From Glycera tridactyla (lineage: Eukaryota), in the NCBI GenBank assembly GCA_965644265.1, contig OZ286472.1, positions 39,556,001 to 39,620,000 of the forward strand: a DNA stretch of 64,000 bases, given 5' to 3'. A program made the position numbers and the translations under genes. Shown in pieces: positions 10,366-23,619 of this stretch (positions within the stretch are counted from its first letter, which is position 1; each line of letters opens with the position of its first letter). The notes under the pieces were generated by a model. The model ran no database searches and was not told where the DNA came from. It worked only from the letters and a program-made list of their open reading frames with translations.

Positions 10366-12319
10366 TACATAGATCTCTATTAATCTCTTCTGCTCCTGAG
10401 GGTAAGATATACTCCCTGTGACTTACCCTGCTGTAGGATAATAACGATTTTTCAAATGATAAGTGCCAAACTGCAGCTGTAATTTGCGAAACAATATCAA
10501 AACATTTACATTGAGTATACTTGCAAAGTAGTTTCTGCAAAACAGTTGTTACAAATGTATCAAAGTTCACCCAGCTGTTATCGATGCCATACATAATTGC
10601 ACCAACCATCTTTATAAAACTCCATCAGATCATTAAGAGGGCGCAGAAATGTTCAACTCAAGCAAAAATAGCAGCCTCCCTATGATCACCATTAACTCAT
10701 TTGCCTGTATATGCCTTGTACGAAAAATATATGCATTTTTGTCTAACAGTCAAACTTCATGCAGCATTAGTATACATGCAAATATTTGCATAGTTGACAG
10801 TTTATCTTAATTGAATTCTGATAATTATCCTTCATATCTGTGGCGGACATGAATTTAGCACTTTGTCACAGACATGACTGGAAATACCCCGTCACTGCCC
10901 TGACACAAAGAATGTATGCGATACGGCAAAGGTACGTGTGTGCATGCATGAGTGTGCATGCATGTATGTGTGTGCATGTGCACAGAGAGAAGAAAATTGG
11001 ATGTGTCCGTGTGTTTGTGGAGAGAACACACATGACTCAGGTTGTATGCCCCCTCATCTCGGTTCATGGTTAGTTTGCTCTTTCTTATCCAAATCCCTTC
11101 TCGTATCCATCACTTGTACCTGTCTGCCTCTTTGTGCCTGCAACACCACCTAGCAGGAAACAGTTCTGAGGAGAGATCAACAAATGGTGAGTGATCACCT
11201 GGGCTGTGAGAAGCTATCTATGTTGATTTAATGTTCGATTCCAACCTGATGTAACTCTTCATGAAGCAACAGACCAAGAAAGTGGCTGCAATAAACCCCC
11301 CCCCCCCCCCAAAAAAAAAAGAAGAAAAAACAACAACAAAAACACAAAAAAACTCTATTTGGGTAGGGTCATCATGAGCATGGAAGCAAACAAGTCCTAA
11401 CTTTCAGTGTTGGTTACAATGAGGACAACATTATCAACAGCATCAGCAACAATAGAGACACATGACCTCGACTGTGACAAAGCCAAAACCTTGAGATTGC
11501 AATTGCTCAGAAAGAAAAACACCTAGTGCATTCAAAGTGGAAAACAATTAGTACTTGCAATATAGAAAAGAAAAGAAATCTTTGGGCATTGAAAATCCGT
11601 GCTACACATATCAACTGTGACATGGCGTGGAGATACCATCTTCTTCTAAAGAGAAACAAATGATGGTGTAGTGAAAGCATAAATAATACAGTGGAATGTA
11701 TATTGAGCAACCACTGTATTGAGCAACCACTCATCCAAGGCAGCCACTTTTTGATTTCCCGCTGGAGTATTTTTCACTATGATTCACCTGTATTAAGCAA
11801 CAACCTGTATGCAGCAGCCGAGGCTGGTTCCTGAAGCCAGATTCTACTGTACTTGTGATATTGAAAACAGTGAATGAACATATCTCTGACCACAATGGTC
11901 AGATCATTTCTCCCATCAGGCCCTATAATGCGAGCCATCCCACAGCACAAATACGGCAGAGGAGAGTGTATGATGGCACACAGACAGCCAGCCTGCAATA
12001 GCGCAGCATTGGATCCGTGACAGGCCATCATAAACTCGGTGCATATCATATTTTTGTTGCCCAACAAAGCATACAAATGGCCCTAGATCACTGCCTTCTC
12101 TTCATCATTAACCATAAAGTCAACCTGCCAACCTATTTCCATTCAGTCCATGAATAATGTGTGCACACCGCAGACAGACCACAAAGTCTCATCTGATGGT
12201 ACAGTGAAACCCATGCACCAGTGACTGTCCCACCAGCATGAAAAACGGCTTGCTCGAGACAGATAGAAGCTTGTGCAGTTTGTCCAGGATGATAGATGCT
12301 GGCGAATATGTATACAGGT

Positions 12320-13110
12320 ATTCGATAGAATCATTAGCTAAATGAATGCCTTGAATTTTATCAAATATTATTGACCAGACATACAGGGGAATGTGACCAA
12401 TACATATGACAGCATTTGATAGAATCACTAGCTAAATGAATACCTTGAATTTCCTCAAATATTATTGACCAGACATACAGGGGAATGTGACCAATACATA
12501 TGAGAGCATTTGATAGAATCACTAGCTAAATGAATACCTTGGATTTCCTCAAATATCATTGACCAGACATACAGGGGAATGTGACCAATACATATGAGAG
12601 CATTTGATAGAATCACTAGCTAAATGAATACCTTGGATTTCCTCAAATATCATTGACCAGACATACAGGGGAATGTGACCAATACATATGAGAGCATTTG
12701 ATAGAATCATCAGCTAAATGAATACCTTGAATTTCCTCAAATATTATTGACCAGACATACAGGGGAATGTGACCAATACACATGACAGCATTTGATAGAA
12801 TCATCAGCTAAATGAATACCTTGAATTTCCTCAAATATTATTGACCAGACATACAGGGGAATGTGACCAATACACATGACAGCATTTGATAGAATCACTA
12901 GCTAAATGAATACCTTGAATTTCCTCAAATATTATTGACCAGACATACAGGGGAATGTGACCAATACACATGACAGCATTTGATAGAATCATCAGCTAAA
13001 TGAATACCTTGAATTTCCTCAAATATTATTGACCAGACACAATATTGACCAGACAGAATGTGACCATACATATAAGAGCATTTGATAGAATCACTAGCTA
13101 AATGAATACC
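12320..13110 (+). repeat. 94-bp tandem repeat, about 8.5 copies
   Basis: AGAATC anchor at 12421, 12515, 12609 and onward; unit ATTTGATAGAATCACTAGCTAAATGAATACCTTG...CATATGAGAGC. Confidence 0.95.
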
Positions 13111-13300
13111 TTGCAATTTTCTTTGCATTTCTCTGATCAGAATAAATGAAGCTAGGAAAATGTTCATCTATAATAAAACACCATCACAACCATTGTGCAA
13201 TCAGAAATGAACCTTTATTTAGCAAATCATTTCACCAAATTGATGTCTTCTTTAGTATATATATGCCTTCTCTGATTAGCTATACCAAAAACAGTAATCT

Positions 13301-15045
13301 GAGTTGAGTTGAGTTGAGATACATTTATTTACTTTCATGAAAAACATTCACATACAATATGGTACATGATATTCAATGTTGCCGTGACAGAAATGATCAG
13401 ATCAGTAGACAGCATGTATAATAGTTATCCTCGGAGTAAATAGAAGGTAACAGTATGTTCAGTAGAAAACATATGTAATAGAAATCCTGAGAACTTCTAA
13501 TAAAAGATGATTGCTGAGGTTAAAAACTATGTTTTCACTGTTTCCAGGTGAGGACTCCAGAGAGAAGTGGAGTGAAACTAATCATCTCTTATACCGGTCG
13601 TCGAGAATTCATGCTGGAACCAACATTTCAAAGTCGCTTTCAGTGTTTGCATCTCTTCATTAAAGATCAGATTCTGCCATCATTGTCTTGTTCAGACAAG
13701 TCATTGCTATTACATACATGTCAAAGTGGTTAATAATTACTTAAAAACATCCTACAGCAATGTTGTTTGAAGCATTTTGCTGATCGATCGGACTCTGTTT
13801 TAACATCAGTTGATAACTCATTCCACATCTTAGGCCCAATATAAGAAAAGGCTTTCTGGCCAGTTGATGTTCTGAGAAGGGGTATTTCCATATTCCCTTG
13901 GGCTGCACTTCGAGTATGGTGTTCATGAGTCAGACCTAATGGTTTGCTGAGATCATGAAGATAAGGTGGTAGCTCATTCCTTACAAATTTTCTCATAAGT
14001 TCATAAATGTGCACATCTCTTACATGATCAAGACGGAGAATAGAGAGCTGAGAATGCATCTCATATGTACTTGCCCAACGGTTTTTCAGGAGTATTGTAC
14101 GTAGAGCTTTGTTTTGCATTCGCTGCAGACTCAAGGAATCTTTTAAAGAGATACCATGAACCGATTGTCTATCAATGAATTCTCTTGCCCTTGAGAGCAT
14201 ATATATCCGCTTGCTTGCCTTGTTGAGGATGTACTCTATGTGTGGAGAGAAAGTCATGAATGGGTCCATAATAACACCCAGATATTTAAAGGACTGAACA
14301 TTCTCAACCACAATGTTATCAATTTTGATCTGAAGTGCATCTGCAAGTTGAAGCTGATGTCTGGTCCCGAAATGCATGACTTTGGTTTTGCGTGCATTGA
14401 GAAACAGTTTATTAAGATTCAACCATTTTTCTACTTGCAAGAGATCAGATTGGAGAGTATCCTGGAGTCGGGTAACATCTTCACTACTGAAATATATAGC
14501 TGTGTCATCGGCATAGAGCGAGGTTTGACAGTGTTTCAGTTGCGCTGGTAAATCATTAATGTAGAGGATGAACAATAGAGGGTAGAGGGTGCTACCTTGA
14601 GGTACACCACATGTGACATTTCTGAAATCAGATTTGGTTCCTCCAACAGAAGTGCACTGTCTTCTACCAGTAATAAAGGATCTGAACCAGGTTAATTCCG
14701 AGCCAAGAACTCCACTTTTCTCTAGTTTCATCAGTAATCTACCATGATCAACAGTATCAAAAGCTTTTTTGAAATCAAGATATGCTACTGCAGTTGTTTT
14801 TCCCTTGTCAGCTTCACATATGATGTGATTGCATAATTGTAGCAAAGCACTTTCGGTGGAGAAACCTTTTCTGAAACCAGACTGGGATGTGTTCAGCATT
14901 TCATGATCATGTAGGAACTTATACAGTTGGGCATGTACAACCTTCTCCGTCAATTTGGAAATGAATGGTAGAATTGAGATAGGTCTATAATTGGCCGGGG
15001 AAATGAATGGTAGAATTGAGATAGGTCTATAATTGGCCAAAGAGG
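13301..15045 (-). mobile_element. 5'-truncated L2/CR1-group LINE with RT ORF, 3' UTR, AATAAA and (CTCAA)3 tail
   Basis: ORF 13730-15109(-): NYRPISIL, QSGFRKGFST, LDFKKAFDTV, GVPQGSTL, LYADD, FKYLGV. Tail at 13301-13318 directly after AATAAA. Confidence 0.93.
13730..15040 (-). CDS. LINE ORF2 reverse-transcriptase domain (no endonuclease; apparent internal deletion near the C-terminus)
   Basis: Canonical RT motifs including YADD. The conserved stretch expected between REFIDRQS and LQRMQNK is largely missing. Confidence 0.9.
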   Translation of the reverse strand: MANYRPISILPFISPANYRPISILPFISKLTEKVVHAQLYKFLHDHEMLNTSQSGFRKGFSTESALLQLCNHIICEADKGKTTAVAYLDFKKAFDTVDHGRLLMKLEKSGVLGSELTWFRSFITGRRQCTSVGGTKSDFRNVTCGVPQGSTLYPLLFILYINDLPAQLKHCQTSLYADDTAIYFSSEDVTRLQDTLQSDLLQVEKWLNLNKLFLNARKTKVMHFGTRHQLQLADALQIKIDNIVVENVQSFKYLGVIMDPFMTFSPHIEYILNKASKRIYMLSRAREFIDRQSVHGISLKDSLSLQRMQNKALRTILLKNRWASTYEMHSQLSILRLDHVRDVHIYELMRKFVRNELPPYLHDLSKPLGLTHEHHTRSAAQGNMEIPLLRTSTGQKAFSYIGPKMWNELSTDVKTESDRSAKCFKQHCCRMFLSNY

Positions 15046-15741
15046 GCTGAAGGGGGAACCCTGATGTTTCAATGAATGTAATGGATTTTATCTGATATAA
15101 AGGAGGCAAATGCTAGTAACTGTGAATCAAATATATACATTCAGGGATAAAAGCCCACAAATCTTTTGCCTAGTACATTTGTATAATCCTGTCAAATGCT
15201 TGTAAACGGGATAGAACTGTCATACATCAGCTCTTTTCATATCAAACTCAGATAATCATGAAAAAATATTATCATCTTTCACCTCAAGCATGACAAACAA
15301 GAACTCCAGCAAGCTGCCATGTAATATTCATCAGGACATGAATGTATAGCAGGGTAGCTGACATGTATTCTTCAAACCATAGCTGCGGTACATGTCATGC
15401 TTATGCAACAGTGACATATCATGTATCTTGGACCAGAAGCCTCTTTTATTCACTCTATATATATATCAAGACCATCTGGGTGAAGGCCAAACGAGATGTA
15501 TCATTGAAATTATCACTAAGCATCATGTGCTATTCACAAATAATTTCTATATCGATTTCTACATCCTCATTAGTCACCCTTACATGCATGGAAGTACTTT
15601 GGTAAAGCTCATCACTCCCCATGGATTCTTCAAGCCCCACATGGAGAGTCTCAACATGCATGTGTTTTGCAGTACTTTTGTCAATTTCATTACTTTGACA
15701 GTCATGGTCCTCTCATGCCAATCTTGTATACTTTCAATATA

Positions 15742-15901
15742 CAGTCGAACCTCTCTATGAAGACTGCTTCCGGTCGCATAATAAAGTGGCCTTTATAGGG
15801 ATGGTGGTCTCTAATACAGGTCATTTACGGTGACAGTGCAGGGTGGCCTTTACAAAGAGCTGGTCTTTACATACCGTTGGTCTTCAGAGGAGGTTTGACT
15901 G
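15742..15901. mobile_element. 160-bp pogo-like MITE, TA TSD
   Basis: TA|CAGTCGAACCTC...GAGGTTTGACTG|TA. Confidence 0.88.
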
Positions 15902-16476
15902 TACATGCTCAGTACAGCATGTTGAATTCCTTACCCAGCGAAAGGTCTCCTTGGCTTGGAATCTCTGTACATGCATAGAAGCTGGTACAAACACATACAT
16001 GCACGCACGCACGCACACACGCACGCGCACACGCACGCACACACGCACGTATTCAGTGGCTCCTCCTCAGTCATACAGTCATACCAGCTGTAAAGGCTCT
16101 GTCATTTCAACACGTGATAGATCAACCTCCACTTACACAATACAGCATCCACAAAAAGGTTTTCAACCATGTCAGATCAACTCTCAGACATTGACTTGCT
16201 AATAGCCTGAAAATGCCTTGTTCATATTGTTCATCTAAAGTTGCAATTCCCTGGATTCTATCCATCACATCTGACATTTAGTCAGACATACCAGCTTGCT
16301 ACTATGACGAAAATACCTACCCTATCAGTAAATCTACCATTAGGGTAGCCAAGGCACTCTGTCTACTTGATTGACAAGTACTTAATTTGATCTATGATTA
16401 TGCCCAGGAGGGCTGGAGAAAAGGTTGGAGAGGGCAGGTAAAATTACCACTCCACCAGCTTGGATGACAGCAGAAG

Positions 16477-18087
16477 AAACTAGAGAGGTGTCCATAGGAC
16501 ACAGATGCCTCTGCTGAGACCCTGACCTATGAGTGAGCGACACAATCTAAACACATAACATGTCTTCTTCATATGATGATCATGTGTACCTATTTATTTG
16601 AAAATCCTATCATGGAAGAATAAGTTATGGGCCAGACAAAAATTGACAAATCAGAGGTCACCATTTGGTAGGAACTCAATGAAATGTGGCAGATTGTGCA
16701 CGCAAAATATCATCCTCATATGATGCACCTATTTATTTGAAAATTCAATCATGGATGGCAAGGTTATGGGCCGGACACAAATCAACCAATCAGAGGCCAC
16801 CATTTGGTGGGAACTCACAGTTTTTGCTCATGACACATTGTCTTCATATGGTGATCATGTGTATCAAGTTGTATGAAAATCCAGTCACGGATGGCAAAGT
16901 TATGGACTGGACACAAATTGACTGATCAGAGGCCACCATTTGGCGGGAAATCACTCAAGCATGACGATTCTTGCTCATGACACATTGCCCCTATATGATG
17001 ATCATGTGTACCAAGTTTTATGGAAATCCAGTCACGGATGGCAAAGTTATGGGCCGGACACAAATTGATCAATCAGAGGCCACCATTTGGTGAGAAATCA
17101 CTCAAGCATGACGGTTCTTGCTCATGACACATTGCCCTCATATGATGATCATGTGTACCAAGTTTTATGAAAATCCAGTCATGGATGACAAAGTTATGGG
17201 CCGGACACAAATTGACCAATCAGCAGTGACCATTTCGCGGGTAATCACTCAAGCATGACAGTTCCTAATCATGACACATCGCCCTCATTTGATGATCATG
17301 TGTACCAAGTTCTATGGAAATCCAGTCATGGATGGCAAAGTTATGGGCCGGACACGAATTGACCAATCAGAGGCCACCATTTGGCGGGAAATCATTCAAG
17401 CGTGACGGTTTTTGCTCATGACACATTGCCTGTATATGATGATCATGTGTACCAAGTTTTATCATCAGATAGCGCCTGTAGCGTGTATGTAATCGTCGTC
17501 CACCTTGTATGTACATAGGAATCATATAACCTCGGAGATTATACTCCTCGTGGTATAACCATTCCCTGGTCGTGTGACGCTTGTATGCCATCGCTGATTG
17601 GCCATAGTACAATCGCTGTCAAAGGTCAGCTATTGTCAACTCGCAGCGTCGCGGGTTTGATTTGTATAGCGTCACGGCATACATTAGGAAAGATGCCAAG
17701 AGAAAAATCGCTGAAATTCAACAACCGCTGGTCGGATTTTCACAAACTAAACACCAAATTGTAGGTAATACATTCTTCTATCCATTTTTTGGATGATAAA
17801 TACAGAATACCCCTCGTGCCGTGGACGAGAAAGCGTTACGTGACTCGCATCCTGCCCCGGGAAGGCACTTGTGGCCTGCGGTCACTCGTGCCTTCCCGGG
17901 ACACGCTGCTTGTCACGTAACTCCTTCCCGGCCATGGCACTCGGGGTATTCTATATAATTATGAAAATCCATTCATGGATGGCAAAGTTATGGGCCGGAC
18001 ACGGACCGGACACATACACACACACACACACACACGGACAGGGTAAACACTATATGCCTTCGCCATGATACGGCGGAGGCATAAAAA
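16477..18087 (+). mobile_element. Helentron-associated (HINE/CvA-like) element with 147-bp core array
   Basis: 5' AAACTAGAG.. and subterminal ATGCCTCTGC (16505); about 6 core units (ATGATG anchors at 16995, 17142); (CA)n; 3' hairpin TATGCCTTCGCC-ATGATAC-GGCGGAGGCATA followed by an A run. Confidence 0.78.
17463..17958. mobile_element. TIR-less 496-bp insertion with TTAT duplication and terminal 147-bp palindrome (Crypton-like non-autonomous candidate)
   Basis: TTAT at 17459-17462 and 17959-17962; empty site CCAAGTTTTATGAAAATCC in a neighbouring unit (about 17159); palindrome at 17805-17951. Confidence 0.7.
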
Positions 18088-18937
18088 GCTACTGCTGAGC
18101 CCTGCATGATCATGGATTTCAGCAGACAACTGAGCAGTACGTATCGCTGGATATCAACAAATAATTTTGCCAACTGATGTGTCTTTCACAGCTTCCTTCT
18201 TTGGGATTTCCTGAACAACGTCTATTTCCTTGCCATTGTCTTAGTGTCAAAATGTAACCTGTCACATGACCTGTCACATGACACTGCACTCAGCCAACAG
18301 GTGGCATCCTGATGGTCATGTGACCATCGTCAGTTGACATACACATGTCCATTTCAACCATATTCAGGTTCGCTGTCAACCTTTGAAGTGCACCTAGCTA
18401 CTGAGGTACTTTGTGAACTCCCCGACTCTTGGTGAAACACTTGGATGGTGTGACCAGCGGAGATCGGCCAGATCAGACAGTCATAATGTCCCTAGAGAGA
18501 GCTAAATCATCACACTACACCACTAGATTTGACAATAAACCAACGGCTGAATGGGGAAGTTGTTATTCTTCATCCTTATTTCTGACCAGTGTAATACCTG
18601 CATACGCTTTCAATAAAGGAAAAGACCAACAGGATGTGGCCAAGAATCGAGAACAGTTGTATCGTTGCTGCACTGACTTCCTGAATGTTGTGGCAATAGT
18701 GCTTAAAACAGTGATACAATATTTTGATGCTCTATAGTAATTCATCAAAATCAGAGGACAAACCCCCCACGGCGAAATTCATGGATGTAATGATATATGA
18801 GAAGATGTAGTATTCTAGCATGAAAAAAACAGCATAAACCCACAAAAATACCCAGATTTCAGCAACTTATATATTTATATATTTTGTGTGGGGCAATATG
18901 TTGATTACTACACATCATTGGTATCAGATCAGATGGA

Positions 18938-20077
18938 ATGCATGACCTAACGCTGAATAGTGAAAAAATCGAACAAGTTTCATTCTTCAAATATCTTGGT
19001 ATCTTCCTAGATGATAGACTCACTTTCGAGAAACACATTGAACATATCAGTCGAAAAACGAAGAAGAAATATGGTGCAATAAGTCACATTCGATGTTTTC
19101 TAGACAAACAAACCACATTCATGCTTTACCAGGCCATGGTGTTGCCATTATTGGACTATGGAGACACAATTTACTTGCATGCTAACCAAACACTGCTAGA
19201 CAGGCTACAAATCTTACAGAACAATTTTCTGAGACTAATTTTACGATTCGGTAAGCGCCATTCTGCTACTGACATGCATACTGCCCTGAATATCACCACA
19301 CTGGCTGTTAGAAGAAATTTTCATACTTGCTGCATGATGTACAAGATTGTCTCATCACCAGGTGGTGGTCATGTTCTAAGCTATCTATTCACAAGTATAC
19401 AAGATAACCAGGACAGAGAAACAAGAGCACGAGCTAGAGGGGATTTGGTTATCTCGCGGTCCAGAACCAGATATGGTGTACGATGCTTCTCAAATGCTGG
19501 TGCGATGTCCTGGAATAAATTAAATGAAGTTACCAGACAGTCTAAAAGTTATAACATTTTTAAGACAAATTTCAAGAACTATATCAAAATTGGTGCTATA
19601 TCATTAGAGTAGATATATCATATTTGATTCTACGTCATCCCGAAGATGCCAGAATCTGACCAGGATCTGAAAGATTGTGACCAGCATCGCAAGAAGCGGT
19701 GAACCATCGTTATCATTAGTTGATTTAGCGATCGTGTTCCCTCCAAAGCACCCAGCAATTATTTTCTCTTCATATTGACAGTCTCTCGTATTGTTTATAG
19801 ATATTTTTAGGTAGATCATGCCAGACTTTAGGTATTTAGCTATTTATTTATACACTTTTCACTGCAAACACATCTCGAATCAATTTTGGGAGAGTAAGAT
19901 CTAATGAGATTTCTTAAGATCATAAGGCACTCATTCAAGTAGCTTAACGGCCGCAGGTCACAGCTGAAGGAGCAGACCCTGGTCTGAAACTCGCGAGTTT
20001 GTTTTCTTGTTCTGATTTGTAAAACTGCTGTTGTCGCCTGCATAATAAATGAAATGTCTATTGTCTATTGTCTATTG
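18938..20077 (+). mobile_element. 5'-truncated L2/CR1-group LINE (ORF2 C-terminus, 3' UTR, (GTCTATT)3 tail)
   Basis: ORF 18938-19612: FKYLGIFLDDRLTF..HI, LYQAMVLPLLDYG, TRARARGDL, F..AG..WNKL. AATAAA at 20044; tail at 20056-20077. Confidence 0.9.
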
Positions 20078-20481
20078 TTATCACATGTGTGAGATACATT
20101 TGCCAAATAGGTCAGCCCTCACCCACACAATGACATGCATATTCATATGATAATGATACTGCCATTCTTGAGGTGATTTGTGTTGAACATCTAACACTCT
20201 GATGTCAAGGATAGATTCTTTGCAGACATGCCACTGCAATTATTTTGATTAATTTGGCAGAATTTGGGGAAAAAAAGGAACAAATCTGACTGAGAAGGCA
20301 AACCTATCCGGCAGAGTATAGTAGATTTGATGAGCAACACAACCTTTTTGGAATTTTTGATTGACTGATCGATTGTTCGATTGATCAATATCACCAGACA
20401 AAATTTCTGAAACCAAATAAGCCAATCAAACAAATGCTGCTGACAAGGTCATGTTTGGTTGCACATTTGGTCACAGAACTA

Positions 20482-20655
20482 CAGTCAAACCTGTTCAAGA
20501 CCACCTCTGTGCAATGTCACCCACGTACAAAGGCCACCTTGACCTGTCGCTGTGAGAGTATTTCTACAGTAAATGACCTCTCCATAATGGCCACCTCTCT
20601 ACCAAGGCGACATTTTGATGTGACAGAGGGTGGTCTTCGTAGAGAGGTTTGACTG
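20482..20655. mobile_element. 174-bp pogo-like MITE, TA TSD
   Basis: TA|CAGTCAAACCTG...AGGTTTGACTG|TA; related to 36739-36879 and 53071-53230. Confidence 0.88.
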
Positions 20656-21555
20656 TAGCTCCCGCGACATAGGGACTGCTTCAATAGCTGCACAGACATA
20701 TGTACGGGAGAGTCGTACACCCAGCGCATCAACAACGATGGTGATTGATCAGAGCATGAAAGCGTGAGGTGCCATTTGAGCGTCACCTGGAGATAAACGA
20801 GCAGAGAAGGCAATTTTGGGACAATTCCTAGGTGGATTATATCACTTAAAGATGGGCGGATGGCAACGTGGTCTCTCTATATTACTTCCAATGTAGTATC
20901 GATTGCCGCCGGCCTGCAACACATGACCACCTCACATTCGAGGCACCAACAACGAGAACAAAACCTCCTACGATGGAACTCTCGTTTTTCTGTGAATATC
21001 CCCATCCACTGCAGCTGGACAAAACATTGATTCTTTGGTCGGAGCTTCATGAGTTGGCATGATGTATGTATGTAGTGTTCATCTAGTGCTGAATGAGCCT
21101 GTGATACATTCATTCATGGGAAATACAGTTGAACCCCTATATCAAGGCTACTTTTGGTTGCATCGAAATGTAGCCTTTATAGGCAGGTGGACTTCAAGGG
21201 TAGTACAAGCCTCAGCCTGTGATTGAATTTTGAACCTCCTCTCTTGTGCTTGCATGTGTGTGTATGCTGAGGAGGTGCATCAGTGTAGCTGTTTTTTGTA
21301 GTCACTTATCATAGCGCCACTGCTGATCCAGGACCATTGTTTTCAGATCCCAGATAGGCGCTCACACCATCTTCTTTAATGGTATGGCTCACCCATAGTA
21401 GTACTGCGTCCTCACAACCCTGCCTTGGTCACCCATCCCACGACTAGCTGCAACCACAGCTGTTCTACATTTGGGTTGAGTGTGAAGACGCTACCACTAC
21501 AACATGCAGCTCCCCCATACATGCAGCACTTCTCTGTGTAGACAAACATACACAT

Positions 21556-21556
<1 letters not shown>

Positions 21557-21613
<57 letters not shown>
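21557..21613. repeat. (CA)n microsatellite
   Basis: Seen directly. Confidence 0.95.
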
Positions 21614-21616
<3 letters not shown>

Positions 21617-22029
21617 GTAGGCACTCATATTTCACCTTCTTCCCTTGTCTGTGTGTGTGTGTGTCCGTACATGCGTGCATGTGTGTGTGTTTGTGTGATA
21701 CCTGTGTGTGCATGTCTACAAGAGTTGAGGGAAGGTGAATAATGAAAGCAAGAGGAATCTCAAAGAAAAACTTCCATGTTTTTTACATTTATTTACCAGG
21801 TCAATTTGATTTATTCTGATGATATGAGACAAGAAACCATCCGGCATTGTGTTGACTTGGTCACGGAATCCATCTTCTCTAAAGTCACAAGGAGCTGGAA
21901 GACCGTGATGGAATTCATGACCATACATATGAAACACCAATGAATGCCCTCATCCATGTTGATACATTCTTAATGATATAGTATGCCCACTACCAAGCTA
22001 TCTTAACTGAAGAAGTTGTTTATTTCGGA

Positions 22030-22290
22030 GAAGTCACAATACAGACAGAGTTTAATCAAGTTTGGTACTTTTTTGGTAAAATTTTGGCCCCTGGTGATCC
22101 TGAAAATTATGTCACATGGACAAAATCTAATCAGTTCATTGGACCCTCTCAATGGGTATGCCTGCCAAATTTCATCACATTCGGATGAGTAGTTTTGCTG
22201 CAATCATGCTCACAAGATTTGTGACAGACAGATGGACGGACAGATGGATAATACAAATTCTATATCAGGGGGGAGACATAATTCCAATTT
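22030..22290 (+). mobile_element. HINE/CvA-like 3' fragment
   Basis: GCCAAATTTCATCAC..., GACAGACAGATGGACGGACAG microsatellite, G-rich end followed by CATAATT. Confidence 0.5.
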
Positions 22291-23619
22291 CAGACAATGC
22301 CACACTTATCCAATATATATGGATACTGATGAGCCATAAATAAAAATATAAATAAAAATGTTATCTATTATTTCTCGATTTTTTCATTTATCCAACAAAA
22401 GGAAGGTGAAGATTCGAGAGTATGATGAAGATTAGAGAGTACCATGAAATCTGAGATGGGAGACCCTCTACGAGGGGTCACCTTGAACTGGAGACAGCTT
22501 CTGTATTGTAGTTAAATGTTGGATGTTTGATGCAACAACTTCACTGGAAAGTGGCAAATAAATGCTGTCAGGTGAGGGATTCACAAGTGTACAACTGAAC
22601 ATCCATAATGGAGACGATAGCTCAAGAAAATCACATTCTTTTAAAGATGAATTCTGCCTTCATAGAGAAAGAGTGCAATAAAAAACAACACTTAGTGTGT
22701 AACATTCAGTAGTGAAAGTTGACACCAAGCCGTCTGATTAAATTGATCCCTGAAAGAATCATCTTAGGACGACTCCAGTCTGCCCAATAGACAAGTTTTG
22801 CGAGCAAATTTGAGCACGATGATCACTGACATGATGTTCCTCCACTTTCCTGCCACTCAATTATTGAGTCTAATCATGGTGATTTTGCTCTCAATTATTA
22901 AAACTAATTGCGGTGGCTTTTCATTGCAATAGCTCAGTCTGGCCATTCTGCTGCCTGCGGCTTCATGCTTTATAAATAAGCAGGAACTCAGACACAAGTC
23001 ATTGATGCAAAGTGTGCTAAATTCAGATGTGTATCCAACACCCGTTCTGATACAGAGTTTTTGGGCAACATGATCATCACTGATGTTGATATTTCAAGTA
23101 GTTCATTGATAGACCTAGAGGGAAGTTGCTGGCTGGCTTTCACAGCAAGACAGCTGACCACACTACAGACAAGTGGTTTCTCAAAGTTGAAGGAAATCAA
23201 ATGGACATGTATCGGGTAATCAGAAGTTCAGCATGCCAGTGAGCCAACATACTGATTCATCGAACAAAAAAAAGATCCAATACAATATAATGAGCAAATT
23301 CATCAATTCATGATGAAATACATGCTCAATATACATACGGCTATCTGTTTATTGAGTTGTTGGAAATCTAGAGAGGTATAACATTTATCATTTATATGGT
23401 TAAATAAAATCCTGCCATGGTAATGTTGCTGGAAATACATTGTGATTGCGGAATTGTTGTAATTATCCTTTGTCTCTGGGTGAGATTCATGGTATACATG
23501 GAATGAACACCAGGGTATCCCAGCACAAATCACATTCTGCTTTACACACACGTCTGCAAATGAGCACCGCACACTTTGCAACCAATTATCCCAAGAAATA
23601 TCAGATTCACAGGAGAAAT

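Noticed and set aside
16448-16526. Minus-strand exon candidate (VRVSAEASVSYGHLSSFFCCHPSWWS) in phase with the 8680-8779 segment
   Set aside because: It overlaps the 5' end and subTIR of the HINE element (16477-16514), so it is probably coincidental. Candidates near 20690-20790 and 22440-22500 have weak donors and no recognisable protein.
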